A stretch of DNA of 64,000 bases, from the NCBI GenBank assembly GCA_964455545.1, contig CAYVWQ010000013.1, positions 2,868 through 66,867 of the forward strand, given 5' to 3'. Below the pieces are notes generated by a model, which ran no database searches, was not told where the DNA came from, and worked only from the letters and a program-made list of their open reading frames with translations. This DNA is from an uncultured Thermoleophilaceae bacterium (lineage in GTDB: Bacteria; Actinomycetota; Thermoleophilia; Solirubrobacterales; JACPNS01). Shown here in pieces: positions 53,100-62,580 of the stretch; position 1 is the first letter of the stretch; the number at the start of each line of letters is the position of its first letter. The position numbers were made by a program, and so were the translations under genes.

Positions 53100-54332
53100 A
53101 TGTCCGGGGGAGAAGCAGTCAAGGTCGGCCTGCTCGGCCGGGGAACGGTCGGCGGCGCGTTCGCCAACCTCGTCGCCGAACGCGCTGACGCGATCGCCGA
53201 GATCTCCGGCAAGCGCCCGGAGGTCGGCGGCGTCCTGACCACTTCGTCCGGCGACTTCGCCGAGATCCTCGACGCGAGCGATGTGATCGTCGAGCTGATC
53301 GGCGGCATCGATCCGGCGCGCGAGTACGTGCTCGCCGCGCTCGAGGCCGGCAAGCCGGTGATCAGCGCCAACAAGGCTTTGATCTCCGCGCACGGTCCTG
53401 AGCTGTTCGCGGCCGCCGAGGCGAACGGCGGAGCGCTGTTCTTCGAGGCCGCGGTCGCCGGCGTGATCCCGGCGATTCGCGTGATCGAGGAGTCGCTGGC
53501 CGGGGCGCACGTCGAGCGCGTACACGGAATCGTCAACGGCACGACCAACTACATCCTCACCGAGATGGCGCGCGGCGGGCTCTCCTACGAGTCGGCGCTC
53601 AATCAGGCGCAAGAGCTCGGTTACGCCGAGGCCGATCCGACGGCCGACGTCGGCGGCGGCGACGCCGCGGCGAAGATGGCGATCCTCGCGCGGCTGGCCT
53701 TCGGGCTTGACGTCGCGTTCGACCAGGTCAAGTTCGAGGGCATCGAGAACATCACCTCCGACGACATCGCGTACGCCAAGGAATTTGGCCTCGTGCTCAA
53801 GCTCGTCGGTACGGCCGAACGGATCAATGGCGGCGTCAGCGTGCGCGTGTTTCCGGCATTTCTTTATCCGTCGCACCCGCTCGCGTCGGTGCACGGCTCG
53901 TTCAACGCGGTCACCGTCGAGTCGCCCGCGATCACCGAGATCACGATGAGTGGACCTGGCGCCGGCGGGATCCAGACGGCCAGCGCCGTGCTCGGCGACC
54001 TTGTGTCGATCCTTTCCGGCGTGCCGCGGAGGCGCGGCGAGGCCGAGCCGGCCACGATCGTCGAGGATGTCGAGTCGGCCTTCTATCTGCACCTCGAAGT
54101 CGAGGACCGGCCCGGCGTGCTGGCCGAAGTCGCCGCGGCCCTCGGCAATCACGGCGTGTCCGTGCGCAACTTCAACCAATCCGGCAGTGGCGACGCCGCG
54201 CGGCTTGTGATGGTCATGCACCCGACCCTCGAGTCAAAGTTCTTCGCGGCCGTCGACGAGATCGCCGCACTGCCGTTCGTCGGCGCCGCGCCGCGCGCCA
54301 TCCGCGTGATCGAAGAGGAGTTCGGGGACTAG
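53100..54332 (+). CDS. hom: Homoserine dehydrogenase with a C-terminal ACT domain
   Basis: VGLLGRGTVGG Rossmann motif, NGTTNYIL, DP..DV.G.DAA.K, then an ACT-like C-terminus (YLHLEVEDRPGVLAEVA). Confidence 0.9.
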   Translation: MSGGEAVKVGLLGRGTVGGAFANLVAERADAIAEISGKRPEVGGVLTTSSGDFAEILDASDVIVELIGGIDPAREYVLAALEAGKPVISANKALISAHGPELFAAAEANGGALFFEAAVAGVIPAIRVIEESLAGAHVERVHGIVNGTTNYILTEMARGGLSYESALNQAQELGYAEADPTADVGGGDAAAKMAILARLAFGLDVAFDQVKFEGIENITSDDIAYAKEFGLVLKLVGTAERINGGVSVRVFPAFLYPSHPLASVHGSFNAVTVESPAITEITMSGPGAGGIQTASAVLGDLVSILSGVPRRRGEAEPATIVEDVESAFYLHLEVEDRPGVLAEVAAALGNHGVSVRNFNQSGSGDAARLVMVMHPTLESKFFAAVDEIAALPFVGAAPRAIRVIEEEFGD

Positions 54333-54496
54333 ATGGCCTCCTCCGCGACCCAGCACGCCTGGGTGCCGCCTCGCTGCGGCGCCGGATCGACTTGCCGCCG
54401 CTCGCAGGTGGCACCGCCACCTGCTGCGCGCCGTCAAGCCGCCCGGCTTGCATTGAGACGGCCCCAGCCGCACTGGGCCACGAAGGAGACCATCTG

Positions 54497-55549
54497 ATGG
54501 CCGGCTTGATCGAGCGCTATCGCGACCGCATGCCGGTCGAGGTCACCGAGCAGATCATCTCGATCGAGGAGGGGTCGACCCCGCTCGTCCCTGCGCCCGC
54601 GCTGTCCGAGCGCGTCGACGCGGATGTGTATCTGAAGATCGAGGGCGCCAACCCTACGGGTTCGTTCAAGGATCGCGGCATGACGGCCGCTGTCAGCGCC
54701 GCCGCGCGCGAGGGGGCCGAGGCGATCATCTGCGCCTCTACCGGCAACACCGCCGCCAGCGCCGCCGCCTACGCCGCGCGCGCGGGCATGACGTGTGCCG
54801 TGCTCGTGCCGGAGGGCAAGATCGCCGCCGGCAAACTCGCCCAGGCATTGATCTACGGCGCCCGCGTGATCAGCCTCAACGGCAACTTCGATGTCGCGCT
54901 GCAGCTCGTCCGCGAACTCGCAGACAACCACCCGATTTCGCTGGTCAACTCCGTCAACGACTTCCGGCTTGAGGGGCAGAAGACCTCGTCGTTCGAGATC
55001 GTCGACGAGATCGGACCGATCGACGTGCTCAGCATCCCGGTCGGCAACGCCGGCAACATCACTGCTTACTGGAAAGGCTTCAAGGAGTACCGCGACGACC
55101 TGGGTGTGAAGGCGCCGGAGCTCAACGGCTATCAGGCGGCCGGCGCCGCTCCGCTCGTCGAGGGCGCACCGGTCGCCAATCCCGAGACCGTCGCCAGCGC
55201 GATCCGGATCGGCAATCCGGCCCGATGGGAAGAGGCGATGGCAGCTCTTACCGAGTCGCGCGGCGCGGTACGCGCGGTCACCGATGCGGAGATTCTCGAC
55301 GCCTACAAGTGGCTTCCGGCAAACGAGGGAGTGTTCTGCGAGCCGGCTTCGGCGGCCTCGGTCGCCGGCCTGCTGAAGAACGGCGTTTCCGACGCCGCGC
55401 GCGCCGGCGCCGAAGGCGCGCGACCGAAGGTCGTCTGCGTGCTCACCGGCAACGGCCTGAAGGATCCCGACACCGCGTTCGACAACGTCGGCTCGGTGAT
55501 CCCCTGCGAGCCCGAGATGTCGCAACTCGAGAACGCGGTGCTGGGCTGA
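54497..55549 (+). CDS. thrC: Threonine synthase
   Basis: The PLP lysine motif NPTGSFKDRGMT, ASTGNTAAS and GNAGN. GAAGGAG RBS 8 nt upstream. Confidence 0.9.
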   Translation: MAGLIERYRDRMPVEVTEQIISIEEGSTPLVPAPALSERVDADVYLKIEGANPTGSFKDRGMTAAVSAAAREGAEAIICASTGNTAASAAAYAARAGMTCAVLVPEGKIAAGKLAQALIYGARVISLNGNFDVALQLVRELADNHPISLVNSVNDFRLEGQKTSSFEIVDEIGPIDVLSIPVGNAGNITAYWKGFKEYRDDLGVKAPELNGYQAAGAAPLVEGAPVANPETVASAIRIGNPARWEEAMAALTESRGAVRAVTDAEILDAYKWLPANEGVFCEPASAASVAGLLKNGVSDAARAGAEGARPKVVCVLTGNGLKDPDTAFDNVGSVIPCEPEMSQLENAVLG

Positions 55550-56403
55550 TGAACCGCCGCCGGGTTGTGAAGGTTCCGGCCAGCTCGGCCAACCTCGGCC
55601 CGGGCTTTGACGTCCTGGCCGGGGCGCTCTCGCTGACTCTCACGGTCGAGGTTGAAGAGACGGGCAGTTTCGCCGTCGAGACCGATCTCGACGTTGCGAC
55701 GAACAAGGACAACCTGATCGTCCGGGCGTTCGAGACGCTGCACAGCGCAGATGACTTCACATTTCGCGTCTCGTCCGAGATCCCGCTGACCGGTGGCCTC
55801 GGGTCGAGCGCGTCGGCGATCCTCGCGGGCGTCGCCGCGGCCGACCACATCTTCGAACTCGGCACTGACCTGCTCGCCCAGGCGACTCAGATCGAGGGGC
55901 ATCCCGACAACATCGCCGCTTCGCTGCACGGCGGATTCGTCATCTGCGCCGGGGGCACGGTCACGCGGATCGAGCCGCCGGCCGGACTCGAAGCAATCGT
56001 CGCTTTCCCACCGCCCGGCCCACCAGTCCCGACGAGCGCGGCTCGCGCGGCTTTGCCGCCGGAGCTGCCGATGGGCGAGGCCGTCGAGTCGATCGGCAAC
56101 GCGGCGAACGTCGTGCTCGGCCTCGAGCGGGGCGACTTCGAACTGCTGTCGCGCGGCCTCACCGACGTTCTGCACCAGCCACGCCGTGCTCACCTGTATC
56201 CCGAATCGGCCGCGCTCGTCGAGGCCGCGCGCGGCTTCGGTGCGATCGGCGCGACGATCAGCGGCGCCGGCCCGACCGTCCTGATCTGGACCAACTGGGA
56301 GGAGACGGGCACCGTCCTCGCCGCCGCAGAAGAGGCGCTGACCGACGGCTGGACCCTCCAACGAGTCCCCTTCAGCCCCCACGGCCTCGACGTAGAAGTC
56401 TGA
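55549..56403 (+). CDS. thrB: Homoserine kinase
   Basis: VKVPASSANLGPGFD and the GHMP motif PLTGGLGSSAS. The start overlaps the thrC stop (ATGA). Confidence 0.9.
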   Translation: MNRRRVVKVPASSANLGPGFDVLAGALSLTLTVEVEETGSFAVETDLDVATNKDNLIVRAFETLHSADDFTFRVSSEIPLTGGLGSSASAILAGVAAADHIFELGTDLLAQATQIEGHPDNIAASLHGGFVICAGGTVTRIEPPAGLEAIVAFPPPGPPVPTSAARAALPPELPMGEAVESIGNAANVVLGLERGDFELLSRGLTDVLHQPRRAHLYPESAALVEAARGFGAIGATISGAGPTVLIWTNWEETGTVLAAAEEALTDGWTLQRVPFSPHGLDVEV

Positions 56404-56410
56404 CCAACCC

Positions 56411-56472
56411 CGCAATTTGCAGGCTCAGCCTCACACCTGGTGTGAGGCCCAGGTCGCAAATTGCGTGTTTTT
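56411..56472 (+). terminator. Intrinsic terminator after thrB
   Basis: Outer stem CGCAATTTGC/GCAAATTGCG and inner stem CCTCACAC/GTGTGAGG, followed by TGTTTTT. Confidence 0.6.
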
Positions 56473-56629
56473 CGCGCGGCGGGCGCTTTCGGGGTCACAC
56501 CGCCGATTCCTTTCGACTCTGTAAACTCTGGCTTCGCTCGGCAAGCGCAAGTCCTCGAAAAACTCCGCGTCGGCCGATCCACCCCGCACGCGCACCCGCT
56601 CGAAGAAGGTGCGGTCCCGAGGAGAAGAG

Positions 56630-59600
56630 ATGTACAACGACGAGATGATGCGCGAAGGGCTCAGTTGGCACACGGCCCGCCCTCGCACTGAGAACACCGT
56701 CCCCAACGCGTCCCGGCCGCGCTTCGACCACCGGCAGGACTACATGCCGCACGTCCCGCCCCAGTCGGTGGAGGACAAGGACGCCTGCGCTCTCTACTCC
56801 TCGGTCCGCAAGGACGGCAAGCCCTCGCACGCTCCGATCCCGCTTGCGCTCGACGCCCTGCATCAGATGCTCCACCGCGCCGGAAACATCGACGGTGAAG
56901 GCGACGGCTGCGGCGTACAGATCGACATCCCGGTGAAGATCTGGGCCGAGGAAGTCCGCAAGGACGGTCACGCCCCTGATCTCGCGATGGACGACAAGTT
57001 CGCCGTCGCGCACATCTTCATCCCGCGCCACGCCGATGTCAAGGCGATCCAGCACGACGCGCTCGAACTGATGAGCAACTCCGGCTTCCGTCTGCTCGCG
57101 CAGCGCGAGGGCGTCGTCGACAGTTCCGCGCTCGGCCCGACGGCCCGCGAGGAGGAGCCGGTCTTCTGGCAGGTGGCCGGTCTGATCGACGGCAAGCGCT
57201 CGTGTTTCGATCTGACGATCGAGCTCGAGAAGGAACTCGACATTCACGTCGCGAGCTTCTCGCACACGGTCGTCGTCTACAAGGTGATGGGCGCCCCGCT
57301 GGCGCTCGGCAAGTACTTCCCGGACCTGCTCGACGAGCGGCTCGAGACGGTCGCAGTGCTCGGCCACAACCGCTACAGCACCAACACCTGGCCGACCTTC
57401 AAGCGTGTCCAGCCGTTCGGTGTGATCGGCCACAACGGCGAGATCAACACGATCGTCCAGCTGCGCGAAGAGGCGAAGCTGCTCGGCGTGCCGATCCACG
57501 ACGACGGCTCCGACTCGCAGGACTTCAACCGCACCGTTGACACCTTCATCAACCGCGACGGCATCAGTCTGATCGAGACGATGGAGATGGTGTTGCCGCC
57601 GATCGTCAACGAGATCAAGGACCTCCACGAGGAGCTCCAGCACTTCTACATGTATCTGCGTCAGGTCTTCGGGCCGTTCACGCAGGGCCCCGTGGCGCTG
57701 ATCAGCCGCGACGTCGACGAGTGCGTCTTCAGCACCGACGCGCTCGGCCTGCGCCCACTGTGGATGGTCGAGACCGTCGATGATTTCATCTTCAGCTCCG
57801 AGCCCGGCGTCGCGCCGGTCGGCGACGTCGTCTCCGACCCGAAGCCGTTCGCCCCGGGCGAGAAGGTCGGAGTGATCATGCAGCCGGGCAAGGAGACCAA
57901 GCTCCTGACCCACGACGAGCTGCAGAACATCGCCTACAAGCGTTGGAAGGAGCGCACCGGCGTCACGACACTGCCGCGCTACGACACTGCGCTTCTGACC
58001 GGTGGCCCGACCGAGGGACCGGAGATTCCGGGCTATGCCCACGCCGGCCCGTCCGAACCGGTCAAGGTCGGGGATGACGTGCTCGGCGGCTTCGGCTGGC
58101 AGCGCGACGACATGAAGCTGATTCAGCAGATGGCGTCCAACGGCGCCGAGCCGATCGGCTCGCTCGGCTACGACGGTCCGCTCGCTGCGCTTTCACCGGA
58201 GCGCCAGAACATCGCCGACTACTTCAAGGAGACTGTCGCCGTCGTCACGAACCCGGCGATCGACCGCGAGCGTGAGATCGAGCACTTCTCCTGCCGCACC
58301 GTGTTCGGTGCCCGTCCGCAGCCGACGACCGCGACCGAGGCCGCGACGACGGTCGAGCTGTCGTTCCCGATCGTGCTCGGTGGACACCACGAGATCGCGC
58401 CGCTCAGCTCCAAAACGCTGCGCAAGATCGCCAAGGAGCACAAGACTTATCTGCTCGAAGACCTGTGGGAGGCCTTTCCCGGGCACCGCAGCGCGGTGCT
58501 TGACATCGCCTGTCTCGAGTCCGAGAACACCAAGGGCGCGATCGAGCGCCTGAAGCACGAGGCCGTCGACATGGTTCGTAGCGGCGCCGAGCTGATCGTG
58601 CTCTCCGACAAGACCGTCTACGAGGGCGACCGCCGCTTCATCGACCCGCACCTCGCAGTCAGCGCGATCGACTCGGCGCTCAAGACCGCCAAGCTCGAGC
58701 CCGGCGAGATCAACCTCCGCCGCCGCACCAGCCTGCTGCTGCGCAGCGGTGCCATTCGCAACGTCCACGACGTGATGATCGCGCTCGGCCTCGGAGCCGA
58801 CGGGATCAGCCCGTACGTGATGTTCGAGGTGGCCTGTGTCGACGACTACCAGTCCGACTACAACAACCTCTGCAACGCCCTGCGCAAGGGCATGGAGAAG
58901 GTCATCTCGACGATCGGCATCCACGAGATCCGTGGCTACGCGCGCCAGTTCAGCGCGATCGGCCTGCGTCCCGAGATCGGCGAGATCCTCGGTGCGAAGA
59001 CCTACTTCGGCTCCGACAAGGGCGGACTGGGCTTCGGCGAACTCGACTCCGACGGCGATGCCCGCAAGCGCGTGCTGGCCGGCGAAGAGGTCGCCAAGCC
59101 CGCGAAGACGTTCCACTTCTATCCCAAGGTCTGGAAGGCAGCGAACGCCGTCGCGCTGAAGGGCGGCGACTACGCCGAGTACAGCCAGAAGGTGCGTGAG
59201 CTCGAGGCCGAGAACCCGATCAGCCTGCGCCACATCATGGATGTGAAGTCCGATCGCGAGCCGATTCCGGTGGATCAGGCCTCTGCGTCTGTCGGTCACC
59301 ACGACTACCCGATCGTGATCGCGTCGATGAGCTTCGGCTCGCAGAGCGAGACGGCCTTCCGCGCCTACGCCGAGGCCGCCAAGCAGATCAACATCCTCTC
59401 CGTGAATGGCGAGGGCGGCGAGCCGCACGACATGATCGGCAAATACCCGAAGTGGCGCGGCCAGCAGGTCGCGTCAGGCCGATTCGGCGTGACCGCCGAC
59501 CTGCTGAACAGCTCGTACCTGCTCGAGATCAAGATCGGCCAGGGCGCCAAGCCCGGCGAGGGCGGACACCTGCCGGCCCGCAAGGTGACCGAGAAGGTTG

Positions 59601-61348
59601 CCGCCGCACGTAACGCGACGACCGGCACCGACCTGATCAGCCCGTCGAACAACCACGACCTCTACTCGATCGAAGACCTCGCCGAACTGATCGACGAGCT
59701 CAAGACCGCCAATCCCGACGCTCGCGTCGCGGTCAAGGTCCCGGTCGTCCCGAACATCGGCACGATCGGCGTCGGCATCGCCAAAGCGGGCGCCGACATC
59801 ATCACGCTCTCGGGCTTTGAGGGCGGAACCGGCGCCGCGCGTGCGCACGCACTGCGCCACGTCGGTCTGCCGAGCGACATCGGCACCCGCGCCGTGCACC
59901 AGGCACTGATGGAAGCCGGCATCCGCAACCGAGTCGAGATCTGGGCAGACGGGGGCTACCGCCACGGTTGGGACGTCGTCAAGCTGCACATGCTCGGGGC
60001 AAACCGCGTCGGTTTCGGCACGCTTGCGATGGTCAGCCTCGGCTGCACGATCTGCCGCGGCTGCCAGCTCGACACCTGCCACGTCGGTATCGCGACGCAG
60101 ATCGAGACGGTCGAAGAGGCCGAGCAGCACGGACTGAAGAAGTTCACACCGCAGGAGCTCGACCGCGCCGTCGACGCCTGCTCGACCTTCTTCAAGGGCA
60201 TCGGCGAAGAGGTGCGTGAGATCACCGCGCAGCTCGGCTACGAGAACTCGCAGGAGCTCGTCGGACGTTCCGACCTGCTCGTCCAGTCGGCCGCGGCCGA
60301 GAAGGTCGACATCTCCGAGCTGATCCAGCCGCTCGAGGAGTACCTCGACCTGACCCCGCTCGACCTGCCGGTCGAGGCCACGGCCGATGAACGCGCCGAA
60401 GCCGGGATCATCGTCTCGCGCCCGATCATGCTTCCCGAGAAGGAGGCGAGCAAGACCCTGGCCGCGCTTGTGCCGGACGTGTGTGGCGGACCGCTGCGCA
60501 GCGGTGAGCCGCTCTCCTACGAGTACCCGCGGTCGACCAACGCCAACGACCGCGTGCTCGGCACCGAACTCGCCGGCGGCATCTCGCGTGAGCGGATCTT
60601 CGGCGACGGCCCCGAGCCGACCGACGAGACACTTGTAAACGTCAAGTTCGACCACGGCTCCGTCGCCGGTGGTGGACTGGGCGCGTTCAACGTCTACGGC
60701 GTCGACATCGACGTCCAGGGCGGCGCCCAGGACGGCGTCGGCAAATGCATGCTCGGTGGCCAGATCAGCGTGCTCAAGGGCGTCAACCGCTTCGGCAAGC
60801 GAGTCAACGGCTCGGTTGGAAAGTCCTTCGCCTACGGCGCACAGCGCGGCCGACTGTTTGTTCAGGGCGACGCAGACTCGCGCTTCTGCATCAGGCTCTC
60901 GGGCGCCGACGTGGTCATCGCCGGTGAGCCGGCCGAGCCGCTCGACGACTCGAAGGGCTGCATGGCCGACCGCGCGAACATCAAGGGCTTCGCCTTCGAG
61001 TACATGACCGACGGCCGTGCCGTAGTGCTCGGCGACCCGGGCCCATGGGCCTGCGCCGGCATGACCGGTGGCCGCATCTACATGCGCAAGTGGGAAGAGA
61101 TGGGCCTGACCAAGGAGGCGCTCGAACGCCGACTGGGCAAGGGCGCCAAGGCGGTGATCGAAGAGATCGACGCCGAGGGCATGCTCGACATCCAGGAGCT
61201 GCTCGAGGCTTACGCCGAGGAGCTCGTGGGCAGCGGTCAGGACGACGAAGCCGGACGTATCCGCGGACTCGCGGCCAGCGCTGGCGACAACTTCTACATG
61301 TGCGTACCGGAGAGCGAACAGGCCGACCCGTCGATCTCGACGGAGTAG
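56630..61348 (+). CDS. gltB: Glutamate synthase large subunit-like protein (amidotransferase, central, FMN and GXGXG domains)
   Basis: Ntn-amidotransferase region (GHNRYSTNTWP, HNGEINT). FMN domain (SMSFGS, NGEGGE, KIGQGAKPGEGGHLP, SPSNNHDLYSIEDL). Cys cluster CTICRGCQLDTCHVGIATQ. C-terminal beta-helix repeats. The ATG at 56630 has a GAGGAG RBS. Confidence 0.88.
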   Translation: MYNDEMMREGLSWHTARPRTENTVPNASRPRFDHRQDYMPHVPPQSVEDKDACALYSSVRKDGKPSHAPIPLALDALHQMLHRAGNIDGEGDGCGVQIDIPVKIWAEEVRKDGHAPDLAMDDKFAVAHIFIPRHADVKAIQHDALELMSNSGFRLLAQREGVVDSSALGPTAREEEPVFWQVAGLIDGKRSCFDLTIELEKELDIHVASFSHTVVVYKVMGAPLALGKYFPDLLDERLETVAVLGHNRYSTNTWPTFKRVQPFGVIGHNGEINTIVQLREEAKLLGVPIHDDGSDSQDFNRTVDTFINRDGISLIETMEMVLPPIVNEIKDLHEELQHFYMYLRQVFGPFTQGPVALISRDVDECVFSTDALGLRPLWMVETVDDFIFSSEPGVAPVGDVVSDPKPFAPGEKVGVIMQPGKETKLLTHDELQNIAYKRWKERTGVTTLPRYDTALLTGGPTEGPEIPGYAHAGPSEPVKVGDDVLGGFGWQRDDMKLIQQMASNGAEPIGSLGYDGPLAALSPERQNIADYFKETVAVVTNPAIDREREIEHFSCRTVFGARPQPTTATEAATTVELSFPIVLGGHHEIAPLSSKTLRKIAKEHKTYLLEDLWEAFPGHRSAVLDIACLESENTKGAIERLKHEAVDMVRSGAELIVLSDKTVYEGDRRFIDPHLAVSAIDSALKTAKLEPGEINLRRRTSLLLRSGAIRNVHDVMIALGLGADGISPYVMFEVACVDDYQSDYNNLCNALRKGMEKVISTIGIHEIRGYARQFSAIGLRPEIGEILGAKTYFGSDKGGLGFGELDSDGDARKRVLAGEEVAKPAKTFHFYPKVWKAANAVALKGGDYAEYSQKVRELEAENPISLRHIMDVKSDREPIPVDQASASVGHHDYPIVIASMSFGSQSETAFRAYAEAAKQINILSVNGEGGEPHDMIGKYPKWRGQQVASGRFGVTADLLNSSYLLEIKIGQGAKPGEGGHLPARKVTEKVAAARNATTGTDLISPSNNHDLYSIEDLAELIDELKTANPDARVAVKVPVVPNIGTIGVGIAKAGADIITLSGFEGGTGAARAHALRHVGLPSDIGTRAVHQALMEAGIRNRVEIWADGGYRHGWDVVKLHMLGANRVGFGTLAMVSLGCTICRGCQLDTCHVGIATQIETVEEAEQHGLKKFTPQELDRAVDACSTFFKGIGEEVREITAQLGYENSQELVGRSDLLVQSAAAEKVDISELIQPLEEYLDLTPLDLPVEATADERAEAGIIVSRPIMLPEKEASKTLAALVPDVCGGPLRSGEPLSYEYPRSTNANDRVLGTELAGGISRERIFGDGPEPTDETLVNVKFDHGSVAGGGLGAFNVYGVDIDVQGGAQDGVGKCMLGGQISVLKGVNRFGKRVNGSVGKSFAYGAQRGRLFVQGDADSRFCIRLSGADVVIAGEPAEPLDDSKGCMADRANIKGFAFEYMTDGRAVVLGDPGPWACAGMTGGRIYMRKWEEMGLTKEALERRLGKGAKAVIEEIDAEGMLDIQELLEAYAEELVGSGQDDEAGRIRGLAASAGDNFYMCVPESEQADPSISTE

Positions 61349-61359
61349 GCTGCAGCTCA

Positions 61360-61878
61360 ATGCGTTCGGCCCAGGCGAAGATCACGATCGACCGGCCGCC
61401 CGAGGCGATTCACGAGTACCTGCTCGACATCGCCTCGCGTCCGGAGTTCGCACCGTCGATCTTCCACGACTTCCGCCTCGCGCGGGTCGAGTCGTACGGC
61501 GTCGGAGCGGCGGCTCGCTACCGCCTGCATCGCAAGATGCGCGACCGTTACGCCGGCACCACGATCACCGAGTCGGTGCCGGGCCAACGGCTGCTGGAAG
61601 AGGGCTCGACCGGTCGCGGCGGACGCGTCGGAATGGCGATCGAGTTCCTGCTCGACGAGCAGCCCGGCGGCTCGACGCGCGTCACCTGGACGATCGAGAC
61701 CTACCCGCTCAACCCGGCCGACCGCATCCGCGAGACCGGCATGCGCCGTCAGATCCGTTCGAAGATGCCGCGCTCGCTCAAGCGCCTGCGCGACATCCTC
61801 GAGGAGTCGGCGAACGCTACCCGTGGCGAGCGGCCGACGATCGGCGGGATGGACCCGAACTGGGTCCCCAATCCCTGA
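61360..61878 (+). CDS. SRPBCC (START/polyketide-cyclase-like) family protein
   Basis: 172 aa. N-terminus I.IDRPPEAIHEYLLDI.. is typical of SRPBCC ligand-binding proteins. Confidence 0.6.
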   Translation: MRSAQAKITIDRPPEAIHEYLLDIASRPEFAPSIFHDFRLARVESYGVGAAARYRLHRKMRDRYAGTTITESVPGQRLLEEGSTGRGGRVGMAIEFLLDEQPGGSTRVTWTIETYPLNPADRIRETGMRRQIRSKMPRSLKRLRDILEESANATRGERPTIGGMDPNWVPNP

Positions 61879-61953
61879 TCAGCAGCGGGATTGCGCCCGT
61901 TAGCGCCGATCAGCACATTCGCGTCTTCGCCACTTACTAGACTTCCGCGCCGC

Positions 61954-62532
61954 ATGGAGCATTCCCCGTCATCCAGCTCGGTCCGCAAGCGCGTTCTGCG
62001 CCTCCTGACCGTCGCCGTCATCGCCGTCCTCGCCCTTTCCGTGAGCGGCTGCGACAAGACCGTTCGCACCCTGGAGGCGAAAGAGGGCGGCCGCGTCTAC
62101 CTCGGCAATCTCTTCTACCAGGTGCAGATGTCCCGGGCGCTCAACCCGAAGGATGTCGAGGACAGCTACTACGTCCTCGGCCAGCCGACCCCGGCGCCCG
62201 GCGACACCTACTTCGGCGTCTTCATGCGCGTCGACAACGAGGACCACGACGGTCGCGTTCTGCCGGTCGGCACCGACAACATGAAGATCACTACGGCCTC
62301 CGGCGACGAGTTCGAGCCGATCAAGGTCCGCAGCCCCGGTTGGGGTTACGCACCCGCGCCGATCGGCCGCGGCGGCATGCTGCCGGTCGAGAACACCCCG
62401 GCTTTCGTCGGTCCGATCCGCGGTGGCCTGATCCTCTTCCGCATCCCGCTCGACGACCTCAACGCACGACCGGTCAAGCTCGAGATCAAGGGCCCGGGCG
62501 ACAAGCTCGGCGAGATCACCCTCGACGTCTGA
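61954..62532 (+). CDS. Lipoprotein, DUF4352-like Ig-fold domain
   Basis: Lipobox LSVSGC, then a beta-rich ~160-aa domain. Start chosen at ATG 61954. Confidence 0.55.
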   Translation: MEHSPSSSSVRKRVLRLLTVAVIAVLALSVSGCDKTVRTLEAKEGGRVYLGNLFYQVQMSRALNPKDVEDSYYVLGQPTPAPGDTYFGVFMRVDNEDHDGRVLPVGTDNMKITTASGDEFEPIKVRSPGWGYAPAPIGRGGMLPVENTPAFVGPIRGGLILFRIPLDDLNARPVKLEIKGPGDKLGEITLDV

Positions 62533-62580
62533 TCCACCGCGTCTGACCACGCCGCCGCTGCGGCCGGTCATCATTTCGCC

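Noticed and set aside
51699-54221. 840-aa minus-strand ORF
   Set aside because: It is antisense to lysA and hom, both of which have unambiguous family motifs. The translation is low-complexity and Arg/Asp/Gly-rich.
56495-61360. Three long minus-strand ORFs (56495-58042, 58193-59428, 59474-61360)
   Set aside because: All are antisense to gltB, whose sense frame carries the full set of glutamate synthase motifs.
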